A DNA stretch of 64,000 nt. Source: the human T2T-CHM13v2.0 reference genome, Homo sapiens. A program made the position numbers and the translations under genes. The notes below the pieces were generated by a model. That model did no database searches and was not told the DNA's origin. It saw only the letters and a program-made list of their open reading frames with translations. Shown one piece after another: positions 44,626 through 64,000 of this stretch. The stretch lies in the NCBI RefSeq assembly GCF_009914755.1, contig NC_060926.1; one strand, 5' to 3'. The number at the start of each line of letters is the position of its first letter. The stretch's first letter is position 1.

Positions 44626-45063
44626 TAGGATAGAACATTTGAAATTAACATCAATGTCATCAGATGTTGGGATTTATAACTTGTATAGTTTAACAGTGAT
44701 GTTAGTCTTCATTTTGGTTTCTAAGCTCTCTACTGTTTGAAAGAAAGATTTCAAAGCAGTGATTATCCCAGTCATCTCTGTATAATGTTAAATTGGTATC
44801 AGTTATCTCATTATATAGCCTCATACATTTTAGCAAAAAGGACAATGAACTGTTTAGACAGTGATGGTTTTTCCAGTTCCATTAAGTTTGACTCACATGT
44901 ACAAAAGTTTTAAGTGGTCATAGAGACCTAACATTCCAGGCATTATGGGGTTAATGGTTTTGAATGTAGAAAATGTAAGTAATCTTAGTCTCAAAGATCT
45001 AAATTTAACAATCTTGGTTTTGTGAATTTTTATTCTCTCAGTGTTCTTCATTTGGCTGGATAG

Positions 45064-45335
45064 GGCGTGCCCCTCCTCGGAACACAACAGTAGACCTTAA
45101 TAGTGGAAACATCGATGTGCCTCCCAACATGACAAGCTGGGCCAGCTTTCATAATGGTGTGGCTGCTGGCCTGAAGATAGCTCCTGCCTCCCAGATCGAC
45201 TCAGCTTGGATTGTTTACAATAAGCCCAAGCATGCTGAGTTAGCCAATGAGTATGCTGGCTTTCTCGTGGCTCTGGGTTTGAATGGGTACCTTACCAAGC
45301 TGGCGACTTTCAATATCCATGACTACTTGACCAAG
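45064..45335 (+). pseudogene. ANAPC1: ANAPC1-like exon K (272 nt): RAPPRNTTVDLNSG...SWASFHNGVAAGLKIAP...HDYLTK
   Basis: ggatag|GGCGTG...ACCAAG|gtgaga; ORF track 45117. Confidence 0.94.
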
Positions 45336-45539
45336 GTGAGACCTGTGCTCCCAGTGCCTGGCTTTGTGCCTTGCCTGGCTATTGTAGTAGCTCCTAATTG
45401 CTCTATTTGCTCTTCTTTCTTCATTCTTGTACTTCTAAGTCCATTTGTCTCATAGTACGTGGAATAATCTTTCTAAAGCATAAATCAGAGTATGTCACTT
45501 CTCTGGTCAAAGCCATTTAATTAATGATCTCCCATTGCT

Positions 45540-51050
<5,511 letters not shown>

Positions 51051-51511
51051 GAATCGCCTCAGAGCCATTTATTTACATGCTGTTTTATCACCTGAAACAG
51101 TCTTCCTCACCTTCTAAACTTGAGTGTCCTCTTTCCTGCCACTGTTCCTGGCTAATTTGTTTTCATCCTTCAGGTCCTAATATAAATTTCTTTGTATAAT
51201 CTTTAGAGATTTCATCCCTAATAATCCTCTAGTCCCTCCCAATCTAAATTAAGCTATTTTAAAATACTCTTTCATAATACTTTGTACTTTCTTATTGTAC
51301 TACTTTTTAATAATATATTTGTTTATGTTTTTTAATTTAACACTTTTTTTCCTATTAAGTCATTAGGTCCATGAGAGCAAGGACCATGTTTGTTTAGTTT
51401 ACTGCTGTATTCTCAGTGCCTCTCACCTTGCCTGTCAACATAAAAGTACTTCTTGAAAGTGGCAGGCAGTATTTTATTTTAAACTATGTATTTGTTTTGT
51501 TTCTATCTTAG

Positions 51512-51746
51512 GGCCATGAAATGACAAGCATTGGACTGCTACTTGGTGTTTCTGCTGCAAAACTAGGCACCATGGATATGTCTATTACTCGGCTTCTTAG
51601 CATTCGCATTCCTGCTCTCTTACCCCCAACGTCCACAGAGCTGGATGTTCCTCACAATGTCCAAGTGGCTGCAGTGGTTGGCATTGGCCTTGTATATCAA
51701 GGGACAGCTCACAGACATACTGCAGAAGTCCTGTTGGCTGAGATAG
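51512..51746 (+). pseudogene. ANAPC1: ANAPC1-like exon L (235 nt): GHEMTSIGLLLGVSAAKLGTMD...EVLLAEI
   Basis: tcttag|GGCCAT...AGATAG|gtatgg; ORF track 51521. Confidence 0.94.
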
Positions 51747-53001
51747 GTATGGGATTAATAGTGCTGAATCTTCATAGGCATGTACTCTCCACTCCACATT
51801 AACCCAATTAAATAGTAAAATTATAAAAATTAAGGAAAGACAATGGTAGCTTTTGTGAGCAAAGAATGATCTAGTACTAATTAAAAAAAACAACAAAACT
51901 CTAAGTAATGTTATCCAAGGCTAATGTAACTGCAGGTTATTAACCTCCATGTTTATTTGCTAGCTCATTACTGAATTCCAGTGGTCACATTTAATGAGGT
52001 ACCTGTGGTTTTAATCAGCTATGAGTATGCTGTTTATCCGGCTTTACCAGCAGTGTCTAGCAGTGGCCTGCACTTAAAACTCAGAGTAGATTGTTTTGGT
52101 CCCTGAGAGACACTAAACTAAACACATCACAGTGTTTACTGTGTTGGATAACAGCACTTCCAATAGAAGTCAAGTAATGGACTCCTGCTTTCCTCCTTTA
52201 CATGCTGGTGGGTATGTTGGTGATGAACCTGGAAATGGTAAGGTCCACACACTCACTTTAGTGAACATTGTCTCTGTTTTTTATTGGGTCCAAACTTTTT
52301 GGAAATCTTAATGTGTTGTCATCTTTTTCTGCCAAATGGAAATGCTATTGGCATTATTAATATGCTCAACAATTTAGTTACATACTTATATGTCCTATTC
52401 AAGATCTTTTCTATATGGATTTGTGAATATATTGTTAAAGATGTATTATTCTTTAGTATCATTGTATCAGATAGCTATTGCCACAGTGATGCTACATACA
52501 TACAGGCATAGCATTGGCCCAGGCAGCTCTGCTTTAGGCTGTAGATGTGTAGCCGGCTGTTCTGCTGCCGTTCTGCCTCACCTGCCTCATTCTGGGACCC
52601 AGGCTGGAGGGTGTGTTTCTCTCGTGGTGTTGATAGAAACCTAGGAGAGAACCAGTGAAGATTGGGACCCATAATTTAGTCTACTATAATGATAAATGAA
52701 ATTATTCCCAAAGTTGAAATGTTTTGGCTATCACAATACATGGTAGCATAAGTCAGAGATCTGAAAAACGCTTATTCTGAAAATATTCAACACTGGTTGT
52801 TAAAGCATGTTCATCTGCAAAGTAGTCTACCCTTCTTTGGCTATATCATGATGATGTCTAATGGTGTCATTGCACAGTCTCACAGCTGCGGCATACCTCT
52901 TTCACACTGTATATAGAAGATTTCATCTTTAATTCATATGTATATGCCTTTTTATATAATTACTGTCAGAATGTACATTAAAAATTTTTTTTTTTTTTTG
53001 A

Positions 53002-53160
<159 letters not shown>

Positions 53161-53408
53161 TAGTAGAGACAGGGTTTCATGGTGTTAGCCAGGATAGTCT
53201 GGATCTCCTGACCTTGTGATCTGCCTGTCTCAGCCTCCCAAAGTGCTGGGATTGCAGGCATGAACCACTGTGCCCCGCCTAAAAATTGTTTTTATAGATC
53301 ATTGTTATAAATGGGTTTTAAAACAAATTTTGTGTAATATTCATTGAGTCGATGGTCTGTAAAATGCCTTTTTTTAACTTTTAGAACTTTTTAGATTGTT
53401 TCTAATAA

Positions 53409-53712
<304 letters not shown>

Positions 53713-54137
53713 TGATCCTCCTGCCTTGGCCTCCCAAAGTGCTGGGATTACAGGCAAGGGCCAGCACATCCAGCCTTTTTTCTTTTTTTTTAAATTGCAT
53801 TTTTTTCCTATAGGGATAAAATTTCAGGAATGTGAACATTTTTGCAGAGGGAAGGGTTTTAAACATAGTACATTTTATCGTTTTCAACAAGGTAGTGTTA
53901 GAGTTATAGGGTGCTTTTAAAAGTGTGAATTTTGTATCCAGTCAGACTTCTAGGATCAGTACACAGAAATTCTACCATAGTAGGGCTCATTATTATATAC
54001 ACTCGAAATAAATGTCTAAACATAATATTTAACAGCTTAACAACATAAGTAAGTGACCTCCTTATTCATTATCATCATTCGAACATGTTTCACCACATGT
54101 GATGTGTGGATTTGAAAGTAATGAAAACAAAATGTAA

Positions 54138-54302
<165 letters not shown>

Positions 54303-54792
54303 TAGTTTTTGTATTTTTAGTAGAGACAGGGTTTCACCATGTTGGCCATCTGGTCTCCAACTCCTGACGTCAAGTGATCCACCTGCCTCGGCCTCCCAAA
54401 ATGCTGGGATTACAGGCATGAGCCAGCACACCCGGCCCAGATGTTTTAACAAAAAAATAAAACTTTTTTTTTGAATACTCTTACCTTTTTCCCTTTAAAA
54501 TTTTTTTCTACTACTTGGTAATTTTTTTGGTAAGACTCAAAGTTTCACAGTATTTGAATATCATTGCTTATAAAGACTTAAATTGGCAATTTAAAAAGAA
54601 CTATTTTGGGCCCTTTTTTTTTGGTAGGTGAACCTACAGTTGTGGACACCATTTATTATAGTGTCATAACTTTCTGAATAGTTATATCCCATTCGTATCT
54701 CCAGTGCAACTTGCTAGAAAGTTAACTCTAAGATTTTTATGAGATGAGATTTTGAGAAGCTAGTTTGAACTGTGTTGCTTTTGTTTTTACAG

Positions 54793-54884
54793 GACGGCCT
54801 CCTGGTCCTGAAATGGAATACTGCACTGACAGAGAGTCATACTCCTTAGCTGCTGGCTTGGCCCTGGGCATGGTCTGCTTGGGG
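54793..54884 (+). pseudogene. ANAPC1: ANAPC1-like exon M (92 nt): RPPGPEMEYCTDRESYSLAAGLALGMVCLG
   Basis: ttacag|GACGGC...TTGGGG|gtaagc. Confidence 0.94.
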
Positions 54885-55497
54885 GTAAGCATAGCCTATG
54901 CCTTCCCATGCTTCAGTTAGGACATCTACATGTTGAGACAAATAACGTTGACACCTAAACCTGAATATTGTCCCTTACTATGACTTAATCTGCTGCCCAG
55001 CTCTATTGTCTTTTTGGATATTTTTCAAAGTACCAGATTTGCAAATTGAGAGAAACTGTGGTCAAGAGTGGGACTTTAAGATTTCTTTTCCTCCAGCTTG
55101 CAGTGTTCATGAACAAACTGAAGGGAATAAAGTTTTTTTTTTTTAAAGCGTTCAAGACATAGAATGAATAAGTGACAGCCCACTATGACTGAAAACAGAG
55201 AATAGTGAAAACGTATATGATCGGGAGCCTTAAGAGTCTATAGTAGCTGCTTGAAACAAACCCTAACCCCCTTTTGCCATAGTGATGTTCACTGTGTATC
55301 CCAGAATGTTGTCCCAGTAGCATCTTCCTTGTGACAAAATGCAGTATCAGATTGACCCATCTTTAACTCCATCCAAGAGATGTGTACAGAATTACCAGAA
55401 ATGTTTCATTAAATGATTGTTTCACTTGAAATGTGGTTCCCCTTGAAAAACCACCAATACATTCTTATGGTCAAACTAAATGATATAAAGAAAGTTA

Positions 55498-55752
<255 letters not shown>

Positions 55753-56847
55753 TTATAGTGGAAGGAATTTTTTTCATGTGTGTTCTGAAAATCCACCTTG
55801 TGGTTGACCATCTGTTAGGGCCTTGAATTCACATTGGCACGTGAGCTAAAGAGGCTGGTGGTATAATGGAAAATAATCAGCTGGGTGTGGTGGCTCATGC
55901 CTGTAATCCCAGCACTTTGGGAGGCTGAGATGGGCGGATCACGAGGTCAGGAGATCCAGACCATCCTGGCTAACACGGTGAAACCCCGTCTCTACTAAAA
56001 ATACAAAAAAATTAGCTGGGCATGGTGGTGGGTGCTTGTAGTCCCAGCTACTCAGGATGCTGAGGCAGGAGAATGGTGTGAACCCAGGAGGCGGAGCTTG
56101 CAGAGAGTCGAGATCGTGCCACTGCACTCCAGCCTGGGCAAGAAGGCGAGACTCCGTCTCAAAAAAAAAAAAAAAAAAAAGAAAAGAATCACACAGGGAA
56201 TTGCAACTTGAATTCTGGTCCTAACTAGTGAGTCAAGTCATTTAACTACATTATTGTGTATTGCTTAATCAGCTTCATGGATTGTTGAGCCAGATGGCCG
56301 TGTTTTATATATAGCCCTGCAACTTAACTATAATAGCTGTATAACCTTGGGCTTAATCCCTCTGTGCCACACTTTCCTTATTTATAAAATAGGGTTTTAA
56401 TAGTAGCTATTTGATATGGCTGTTCATTCATGTTAAACACACAGAATAGTGCCTGACACAGAGCATGCATTTAATAAATTACTATTATTATCATAGTTAT
56501 TGTTGGAAAAGTTCTTAAGTACAATAATGACAGTATTCAGGTATTTACAGTTCCAGTTTCAATTATATAACTAATATTTTTCTTTATTGTTAAATGTCAC
56601 TAACTCTAAAGCTCTTATGTATTTTAAGACAGTACTTAAAGTTGAACATTCATGTATTAAAACTTTTATGAGAATTATTAATATTTATTAACTCATGATT
56701 AATGTTTGCTTTAAATTGGAAATAAAAAAAACAAAACCCAAAATAACCTGCTTTGAAGTTAGTTCATTTTTATATTTGTTATGGGTATGTGTTGTGGATC
56801 TTCCTTCATAAAATTTCTTTTCACTCGTCTGTTATTGTCTTTTCCAG

Positions 56848-56982
56848 CATGGCAGCAATTTGATAGGTATGTCTGATCTCAATGTGCCTGAGCAGCTCTA
56901 TCAGTACATGGTTGGAGGACGTAGGCGCTTTCAAACAGGAATGCATAGGGAGAAACATAAATCACCAAGTTATCAAATCAAA
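56848..56982 (+). pseudogene. ANAPC1: ANAPC1-like exon N (135 nt): HGSNLIGMSDLNVPEQLYQYMVGGRRRFQTGMHREKHKSPSYQIK
   Basis: ttccag|CATGGC...ATCAAA|gtaagt. Confidence 0.94.
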
Positions 56983-57156
56983 GTAAGTACACAGCAAAGT
57001 AATAGATCAAAAGTCTGGAAGCTGGGAAGTTAATTGGAAAATACTAGTGTTCATACTGACATTGGTAAATGTGTTAATTTTAAGCATAGTTATTATTCAG
57101 AGGAATTTTATAATAATTTAGAACTCTTTTACATGCATAAACTCTTCTTTCAATAG

Positions 57157-57239
57157 GAAGGAGATACCATAAATGTGGATGTGACTTGTCCAGGTGCTAC
57201 TCTAGCTTTGGCTATGATCTACTTAAAAACCAATAACAG
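57157..57239 (+). pseudogene. ANAPC1: ANAPC1-like exon O (83 nt): EGDTINVDVTCPGATLALAMIYLKTNN
   Basis: caatag|GAAGGA...TAACAG|gtattt. Confidence 0.93.
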
Positions 57240-58180
57240 GTATTTCTACCCACTCACCCTTCCTCCCGCGGTGATAGTGTGATATCCTCCCTGACCTTGG
57301 TTGTAAAATTCAGTTATCTCATGTGTTTCTTTCCCCTGTGCTGGATTAAGCTGATTTTTTGTTCTTTCAAGTACTGTAAGTTTTTGAAAGAAAACTTGCA
57401 GTATTTGAAGTTATAAAGATTTTACCTGGAAATAATGTATTTGGCTATTTTAATGGTATTTGACAATATAGTTTTCAATTTCTGTTCATTTCTGTTTTGT
57501 AGTTGATGTCAGTAACACCCAAACAATGCCCATGTTTGTTTTCATTAATTTAGCATATTGCTGTGAGGACTGGTTAAGCCAGAAATACTTATCATTTAGT
57601 GTGATCTTGGTTACCATGTAAAACAATGATTTTTGCCTACTTCAGGAGCTTTTGTAATTACCAAACCGTCTACCTTCCTAACTTGCTATATTAATGCTGA
57701 CGCTTGAAAGTAAGATCTTTGGCATTTATGCTTACACTTTGCATGAGGAATAAGTTGAGTACAAGACGTTATGCCATGTCTTAAGTCTATTAATTAAAAA
57801 CAAATTCTAAGATTCAAGGAGTTTTCAGTGTTCCACATTTCTCCCTTTAGAAAAAGTAAATGTGTGCAGAATTAACAAAGTGTTTAAAAATAGATATTTA
57901 TTACTTTACTATTTGGATGAATGTGTAGGGCAGTGCTTCCTTGGCACTGGGGATATTTCATTGAGCAAAACTAAAAATATCTTCCCTCATGGAGTTTATG
58001 TTATAGTAAGACATACATGTACATCTATAATAACTATTACATTAGAAGGTGTGAAGTATTGTGAAAAATATGTAGAGCTGTAGTGGAGCGGGAAGAAATG
58101 TTTTGAAATAGAGCTTGAGATTCTTGATTGTCTTGCCCTCTACTTGAACAGTGTGCCTTACTGTTTTCCTCCACCACCAG

Positions 58181-58259
58181 ATCTATTGCAGATTGGCTCC
58201 GAGCCCCTGACACCATGTATTTGTTGGACTTTGTGAAGCCAGAATTTCTCTTGCTTAGG
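58181..58259 (+). pseudogene. ANAPC1: ANAPC1-like exon P (79 nt): [26 protein letters not shown]
   Basis: caccag|ATCTAT...CTTAGG|gtatgc; ORF track 58128. Confidence 0.94.
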
Positions 58260-59129
58260 GTATGCTTTGTCTTCATTTGTGTTAACATGAGAAGTCTATT
58301 TGTGGTTCTTAAACTTAGCTTGTAAGCCGGGCACAGTGGCTCACGCCTGTAATCCCAGCACTTCAGAAGGTTGAGGCAGGAGGATTGCTTGAGTCCAGGA
58401 GTTTGAGACCAGCCTGGGCAACACAGGCTGTTCTCCATGACTGAATGAATGGCAAACATAAATGTCTTTACAAGAGAGCCTTTTATTTTTAATTTGTCAT
58501 GCATATCTAATTGGCAGTGTTCATTTGAAATTTCACAAATAGGACTTTGGGAATCCCAAGAAAGGTAACCACGTTGATATTTAATACTTGGAGTGACATT
58601 TCACTGTCTCACATTATTATTCAAAACTTCCTAAAAAGCAACAAGTGATTAGGACTTTTTTACTGCTTTGTTTTACATTTTTGGATTACTATCAGGGATG
58701 TGATAATACTGTTAAGGTTGAATCTAAAGAAAGTAACAATTCACTTAATTGTCTAAAATTTTCCCTCTAATTCTTTTTTTTCTGATGTTTAAACGTAGCA
58801 TATAGAAGCTTTTAAATTATGTGTAGATAGAGCTATGATTCTTTCCTTTGTGATTTTTTTCTTTTCCAGAGTACATTTTAAAAAGTACCCGCACAAGCCC
58901 TCTAAACTTTGGTGATATTCAACTCAATTTTAGTTTTTCTTTGTTAAAATTTAAATCTTTATTTTAATGAGTAGTTTAATGAGTAAGACGGTTCCCAACT
59001 TAGGTTTTTTAACTTAACCATAGTGTGAAAGCGGTACTCATTCAGAAGAAACTACTTCCAATTTTAATTTTAATTTTTTTCTTGTACTCCTGGCAGTATG
59101 ATGCTCTCATGGTGTTGGGTAATGGCAGC

Positions 59130-59680
59130 AAGCTGCAGCTCCCAGTCAGCCATGCAGTCATGAGGGTAAATGACCCATACTCTACAGTTTACTATGCTGA
59201 CAGAGAATTTCACTCAATTATAGGCTAATTTGAGTGTTCGGAGCATGTTTAAGGTAGGCTAGGCCAAGCTGTGTTGTTTGGCAGGCAAGGTGTATTAAAT
59301 GTATTTTCTTTTTCTTTTTTTTTTTTTTATGAGATGGAGTCTCACTCTGTTGCCCAGGCTGGAGTGCAGTGACACCATCTTGGCTCACTGCAACCTTTGC
59401 CTCCTGGGTTCAAGCTATTCTTGTTCCTCAGCCTCCTGAGTAGCTAGGACTACAGGCGTGTGTCACCATGCCTGGCTAATTTTTGTATTTTTAGTAGAGA
59501 TGGGGTTTCACCATGTTGGCCAGGCTGGTCTCAAACTCCTGGCCTTCAGTGATCTGCCCGCCTTGGTCTCCCAAAGTGCTGGGATTATAGACATGAGCCA
59601 CTGAGCCTGGCCTAAGTGTATTTTCAGCTTAAGGTATTTTCAACTTACAATAGGTTTATCAGTACATAACCTTACTGCAT
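59130..59680 (-). mobile_element. Tigger3-like DNA transposon fragment interrupted by an antisense Alu (59305-59612)
   Basis: GAGCATGTTTAAGGTAGGCTAGGC...GGTGTATTAAATG motif; Alu consensus. Confidence 0.65.
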
Positions 59681-59815
59681 TTGCATATACTTATTTTTCA
59701 AAATTCTCAACAGTTGGGAACTGATTCTTAAATTGTTCTGTTTATTATTATCATTGTTATAAAATGTATGAACTTTACTTGCTCTAATTAATTTTATCTC
59801 TGTTGCATTTTTAAG

Positions 59816-59890
59816 ACACTTGCTCGATGCCTGATTTTGTGGGATGATATTTTACCAAATTCCAAGTGGGTTGACAGCAATGTTCCTCAA
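59816..59890 (+). pseudogene. ANAPC1: ANAPC1-like exon Q (75 nt): TLARCLILWDDILPNSKWVDSNVPQ
   Basis: tttaag|ACACTT...CCTCAA|gtaagt. Confidence 0.93.
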
Positions 59891-60994
59891 GTAAGTACAT
59901 ATAATAAATATTATATCTTTAGTAGCATAAAATTATGATTTCTTATGGGATTTTTCAAAATTCTGTAAAATATTTTTTCTTATGAAGGCAATATTGATCA
60001 TTAGGATACCTCTTAAAGACCTAAGAACTTCCATTTTAAGATTCTGTGCTGCACAGACCACCGCCTTCTCTTTTAGCCTCAGGTCCCTAGAAATTGTAGT
60101 TTTTAAAAATTAAATATGAATATCGGTGTTGCGTGGGAGTTAAAAAATGAAAGGAAAAAACTAAATATGTTTGCCAGAATACTCTAAAAAAGTGTTGATA
60201 TTTTTGTCATAATTAAGTGCACATTTCTAAGATGCTATTTTACTTCGTGACAATTTTAGATCTCCTAATAACTCTTTTAATTACTTTATATCATATTTAT
60301 TCGATAAGCCAAGTATACTAGTTAAAAATGAACAGATTTTTTTGGTAAAAACTGAAAACCAAATATTGTAACTAGCCACTGCCCTTAGACAACTGTCCAT
60401 GTCTAGTGGTCTCAGTTTCTTTATGTAGATTGTTTCTTTCAGTATTTTCAGAGGAAAAATCTCAAAGATTGAAAGAAGTTAATATGAACACCCACATCAC
60501 CAATAGACTCTATAATAATATTTTACTGTATAAACATGTTTCATCACTTATCTATCCACTTATCTATTCCTCTATCTAATCCAACATTTTTTGATGAATT
60601 TCAATGTTAGTTCCAAACAGTAATACACTCCATCCCAAAATTGTACCATATATATTAACTGGAATTGGTATTTACATTTTTTCCTTTTAAGATAAAATTT
60701 ATATATCGTGAAATGCACAAATGTTAAGTATCCTATTGGATAAGATTTGACTAACACATAGACCTGTGGAAACCAGCCTCTATCCCTTGTGCCCCTTCCC
60801 TCTTTGTGCATTCACCTGTACCCCCAGGTAACCAATATGTATTTTGTTTTTCTCCCAAAATATGTTAATTTCCAGATGTAGAACTTTGTATTAATGAAGC
60901 CACATATGGCATATACCCTTTTGTATAAGACTTCTTTCAGCGTTTTCAAGATATTGAGTATATTAATAGTTCATCCTTTTTATTATTAGGTGGT

Positions 60995-61217
60995 ACAGAT
61001 TGAGTATTTCTTATCTGAAATGCTTGGGACCAGAAGCGTTTTTGGATTTTGGAATACTCGAAATTATACTTACTGGTTGAGCATCCCTCATCTGAAACTC
61101 TGACATCTGAAATACTTCAATGAGCATTTCCTTTGGGCATCATGTTAATGTTCAAAAAGGTTTGGATTTTGAGCATTTTGGATTTTGGATTTTCGGATTA
61201 GGGATCCTCAACTTGTG
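60995..61217. mobile_element. Tigger4a/MER46-like MITE inserted in old L1
   Basis: CAGATTGAGTATTTCTTATCTGAAA ... TTTCGGATTAGGGATCCTCAACTTG imperfect terminal inverted repeats. Confidence 0.7.
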
Positions 61218-61609
61218 TATTCCATTTGCAATCCTATTAGGTGGGGCTGGAATTACTGAGGCATAAGGTAGATGGTATATTTAGTTTTATTAGAAATGAT
61301 AAATCTTTTCCCAAAGCGGCTGTACCATTTGACACATTGACCAACAGTGTTTGAGAGTGTTGGCTGTTGCCCATCTAACCGATAATTAATGGTGTTAGTT
61401 TTTTAAGTTTTAGTGCTGCTGATGAATACGTAATGATATCTGACTGTTGTTTAAATTTGCATTTCTCTGCTGACTGTTAATGTTGAGAACTTTTTCATTG
61501 GTTTATTGGTCCTCCATCTATCTTTTTTTGTGAAGTGTCTGTGCATGTCTTTTGCTTATTTTTTAAAAAAATTTGTATTTTTATTACTGCGTTGCTGGAG
61601 TTTTTTTAA

Positions 61610-61938
<329 letters not shown>

Positions 61939-62842
61939 TGTCAGATTTCTTTTGCAAATATCCCTCCCAATCTGTGGCTTGCATATTCATTTTCTTAGTA
62001 ATAATTTTAATGAGCAGAAGATATTAGAATGTTAAATAATGTCTGATTTGTCAGTTTTTTCTTATGGTTATTCTCTATTCCTATGAAAAAAACCATTTGT
62101 CTAACCCCATCATGAAGATAATCTTTTCTGCTTTTCTCTAAAAGCTTCCAAAGTTTTAGTTTTGTGTATACTTACATAATTCATTTCAAAGTAATTTTGT
62201 ATATGATATGAGGTACATGTTGAGGTTGTCTACCAGGGAAGCTCATCAGAGACTCAGCACCCAAGTTTTTAATTGGGAGCTGACATGTAGGTAAGGTACT
62301 CTCTGCCTTGTATGTACCCAAGTTCCAGATTCTCAGGAGAATGTGTGTTAGCCTAAACCACGTTGTTTGTAGTTCAAGCACGGTAAACACAGATATATAC
62401 ATTTTGTTTTAAAGCAACCGGTTAATTTACTTGGAATCAGATTGTCATTCTTTCTTGGTTGCTAGCTCTAATCTTGGTGCACGTCTTTATCCTGTGGGCT
62501 GTTGGAGTCTGCCCTGTGCACACATGGTTCATGGATCAGGCAGACATTTGCACAGAATTTATATACAGAGCTTGGGGCCCTGTCTCTGTGGCTCTCTCCT
62601 TTGTCATATTCTGTCCTCACCTCCCAATGGGTGTGGTATTTTCCTGTATCCTGGTTGTTAAGGCCAAGAAGGTTATGAGCTTTTAATTGTAGCTTTTGCC
62701 ATCTTTCTTGGCGCAGATAGACCTGCTTTCAGAGCAGAAACCGCAGAAAGGAAAATGTATCTAGTGGTGTTCCTCTCTTCCATGGATCGACTCTCCCCTC
62801 TAGAATCTGCTTGCGTTTGTCCTCACTCCAGTGTCTTGAGGT

Positions 62843-63015
62843 CAGGAGTTGGTGAATTAAGCCCACCTGATTTTTAGAAAGAAAATTTTATTGGAATATG
62901 GCCATGCCCATTTGTTTACTTATTGTCTGTAGCTGTTTTTTGTTACAAATGCATAGATCAGTAGTTGCTGGTATTTACTATTTGACCCTTTTAGAAATAG
63001 TTTACCGACCCCTGC
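62843..63015 (-). mobile_element. MER58-like hAT MITE
   Basis: TTTTATTGGAA..CCATGCCCATTTGTTTAC..ATTTACTATTTGACCCTTT..GTTTACCGACCCCTG. Confidence 0.6.
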
Positions 63016-64000
63016 CATAGATAGTTTGGATTTTATATTTTGTCTAGGGTTTACACTTGGTGTATGAGTTGATCTGATAGGAATTTATTCATCTATTATT
63101 TGAGGAAGTAGAACTCCTAGGTTTGTTTTTATTTGTTTAGTTCTTCCAGTTTTGTTAATCACTGATATGAAAGAGGTGAGGAAGAATTGTTTTAAATGAC
63201 TCGCTCATTTGTTACCATAATTTTAACTCTAGCATATTCAGATGTCAGAAATTTTAGTTTTTTTGAAAGTGCTCTTTGAAATGTATATTGTAGGATGAAA
63301 TACTTTTTCTTTCACTCCTTCATTCAGCACATACTCATGAATCCTCTGTAAATGCAAGGCACGTGCTAAACTCTGTAATACATTAAAGATACATCAGACA
63401 TATAGAGTGTTCTCAAAAAACTTTAGTTTATTAAATGCACTAAGTTCAGCTTACTGAGATTAAACATGTGTACAAGTAACTGTAATTCCAAAGTGGAAAG
63501 TATAAATTCATGTCAGAGAGTGGTCTTTTTTGCGGCCTGGTGTGGTGACTCGTGCCTGTAATCCCAGCACTTTGGGAAGCCAAGGTGGGCACATCACTCG
63601 AGGTCAGAGTTCGAGACCAGCCTGGCCAGTGTGGTGAAACCCTGTCTCTACAAAAAACAAACGAACAAACAAAAAAACACAAAAAACAGTGGTCGTTTTT
63701 TGTTTTTATGAAAATATGGTTTTTGGACTTTTAGTATAGAATAACATCTCTCTCTTTTTTACTTCAGACTTTATAATGTTATATTTGGTCTTTATTACAT
63801 CAGGGATACTGCAAATAGGAGAGATAACAATTTCACAGTTCTCCTGATTGATATTTCCTATCAGCTTCCACTTTTCTCTGGGTTCTCATCTGGAGCTACA
63901 TTGATTCTGGAGCAGGGTTCCTTGTAGTGAGCAACCTAGCGTTAAAAGGAGGATTTTTTTTTTTAAAGGTCACTTTGTAAACTGCTTGTCTGTTTGAACT

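Noticed and set aside
57240-58180. U12-type intron (donor GTATTTCT, upstream TGCCTTAC)
   Set aside because: The donor lacks the GTATCCT consensus; treated as a U2 intron

Overview
Human genomic DNA: Alu/L1-rich, with a human-specific AluYb8-type element. The left 13.7 kb is AT-rich, Alu-poor and made of old repeats (MLT1, MER73-like LTR, MIR, old L1). It also holds a retroposed pre-tRNA-Pro(AGG) copy and a perfect 18-bp fold-back hairpin. From 20429 to 59890 there is a 5'-truncated, intron-containing duplicate of ANAPC1 (APC/C subunit 1). It has 17 GT-AG exons (probably exons 18-34) that splice into 2256 nt (752 codons) with no stop or frameshift. About 15 residues differ from the ANAPC1 protein as I recall it, so this is probably one of the 2p11.2 ANAPC1 segmental-duplicate pseudogenes rather than the functional gene. 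The 5' edge of the copy is a complex rearrangement. A near-identical 4.78-kb inverted duplicate (13719-18495 = reverse complement of 52508-57285, carrying three exons) is fused through microhomology to a decapitated L1PA2, which has an apparent 3' transduction. One intron holds a 4.2-kb class I ERV copied as a poly(A)-tailed, L1-mediated processed retrocopy. Another holds a 95-nt cryptic exon matching the Rothmund-Thomson type 1 pseudoexon. No promoter or CpG island, CRISPR array or prokaryotic features are visible. Repeat family names and ANAPC1 numbering are from recall and were not checked against databases.
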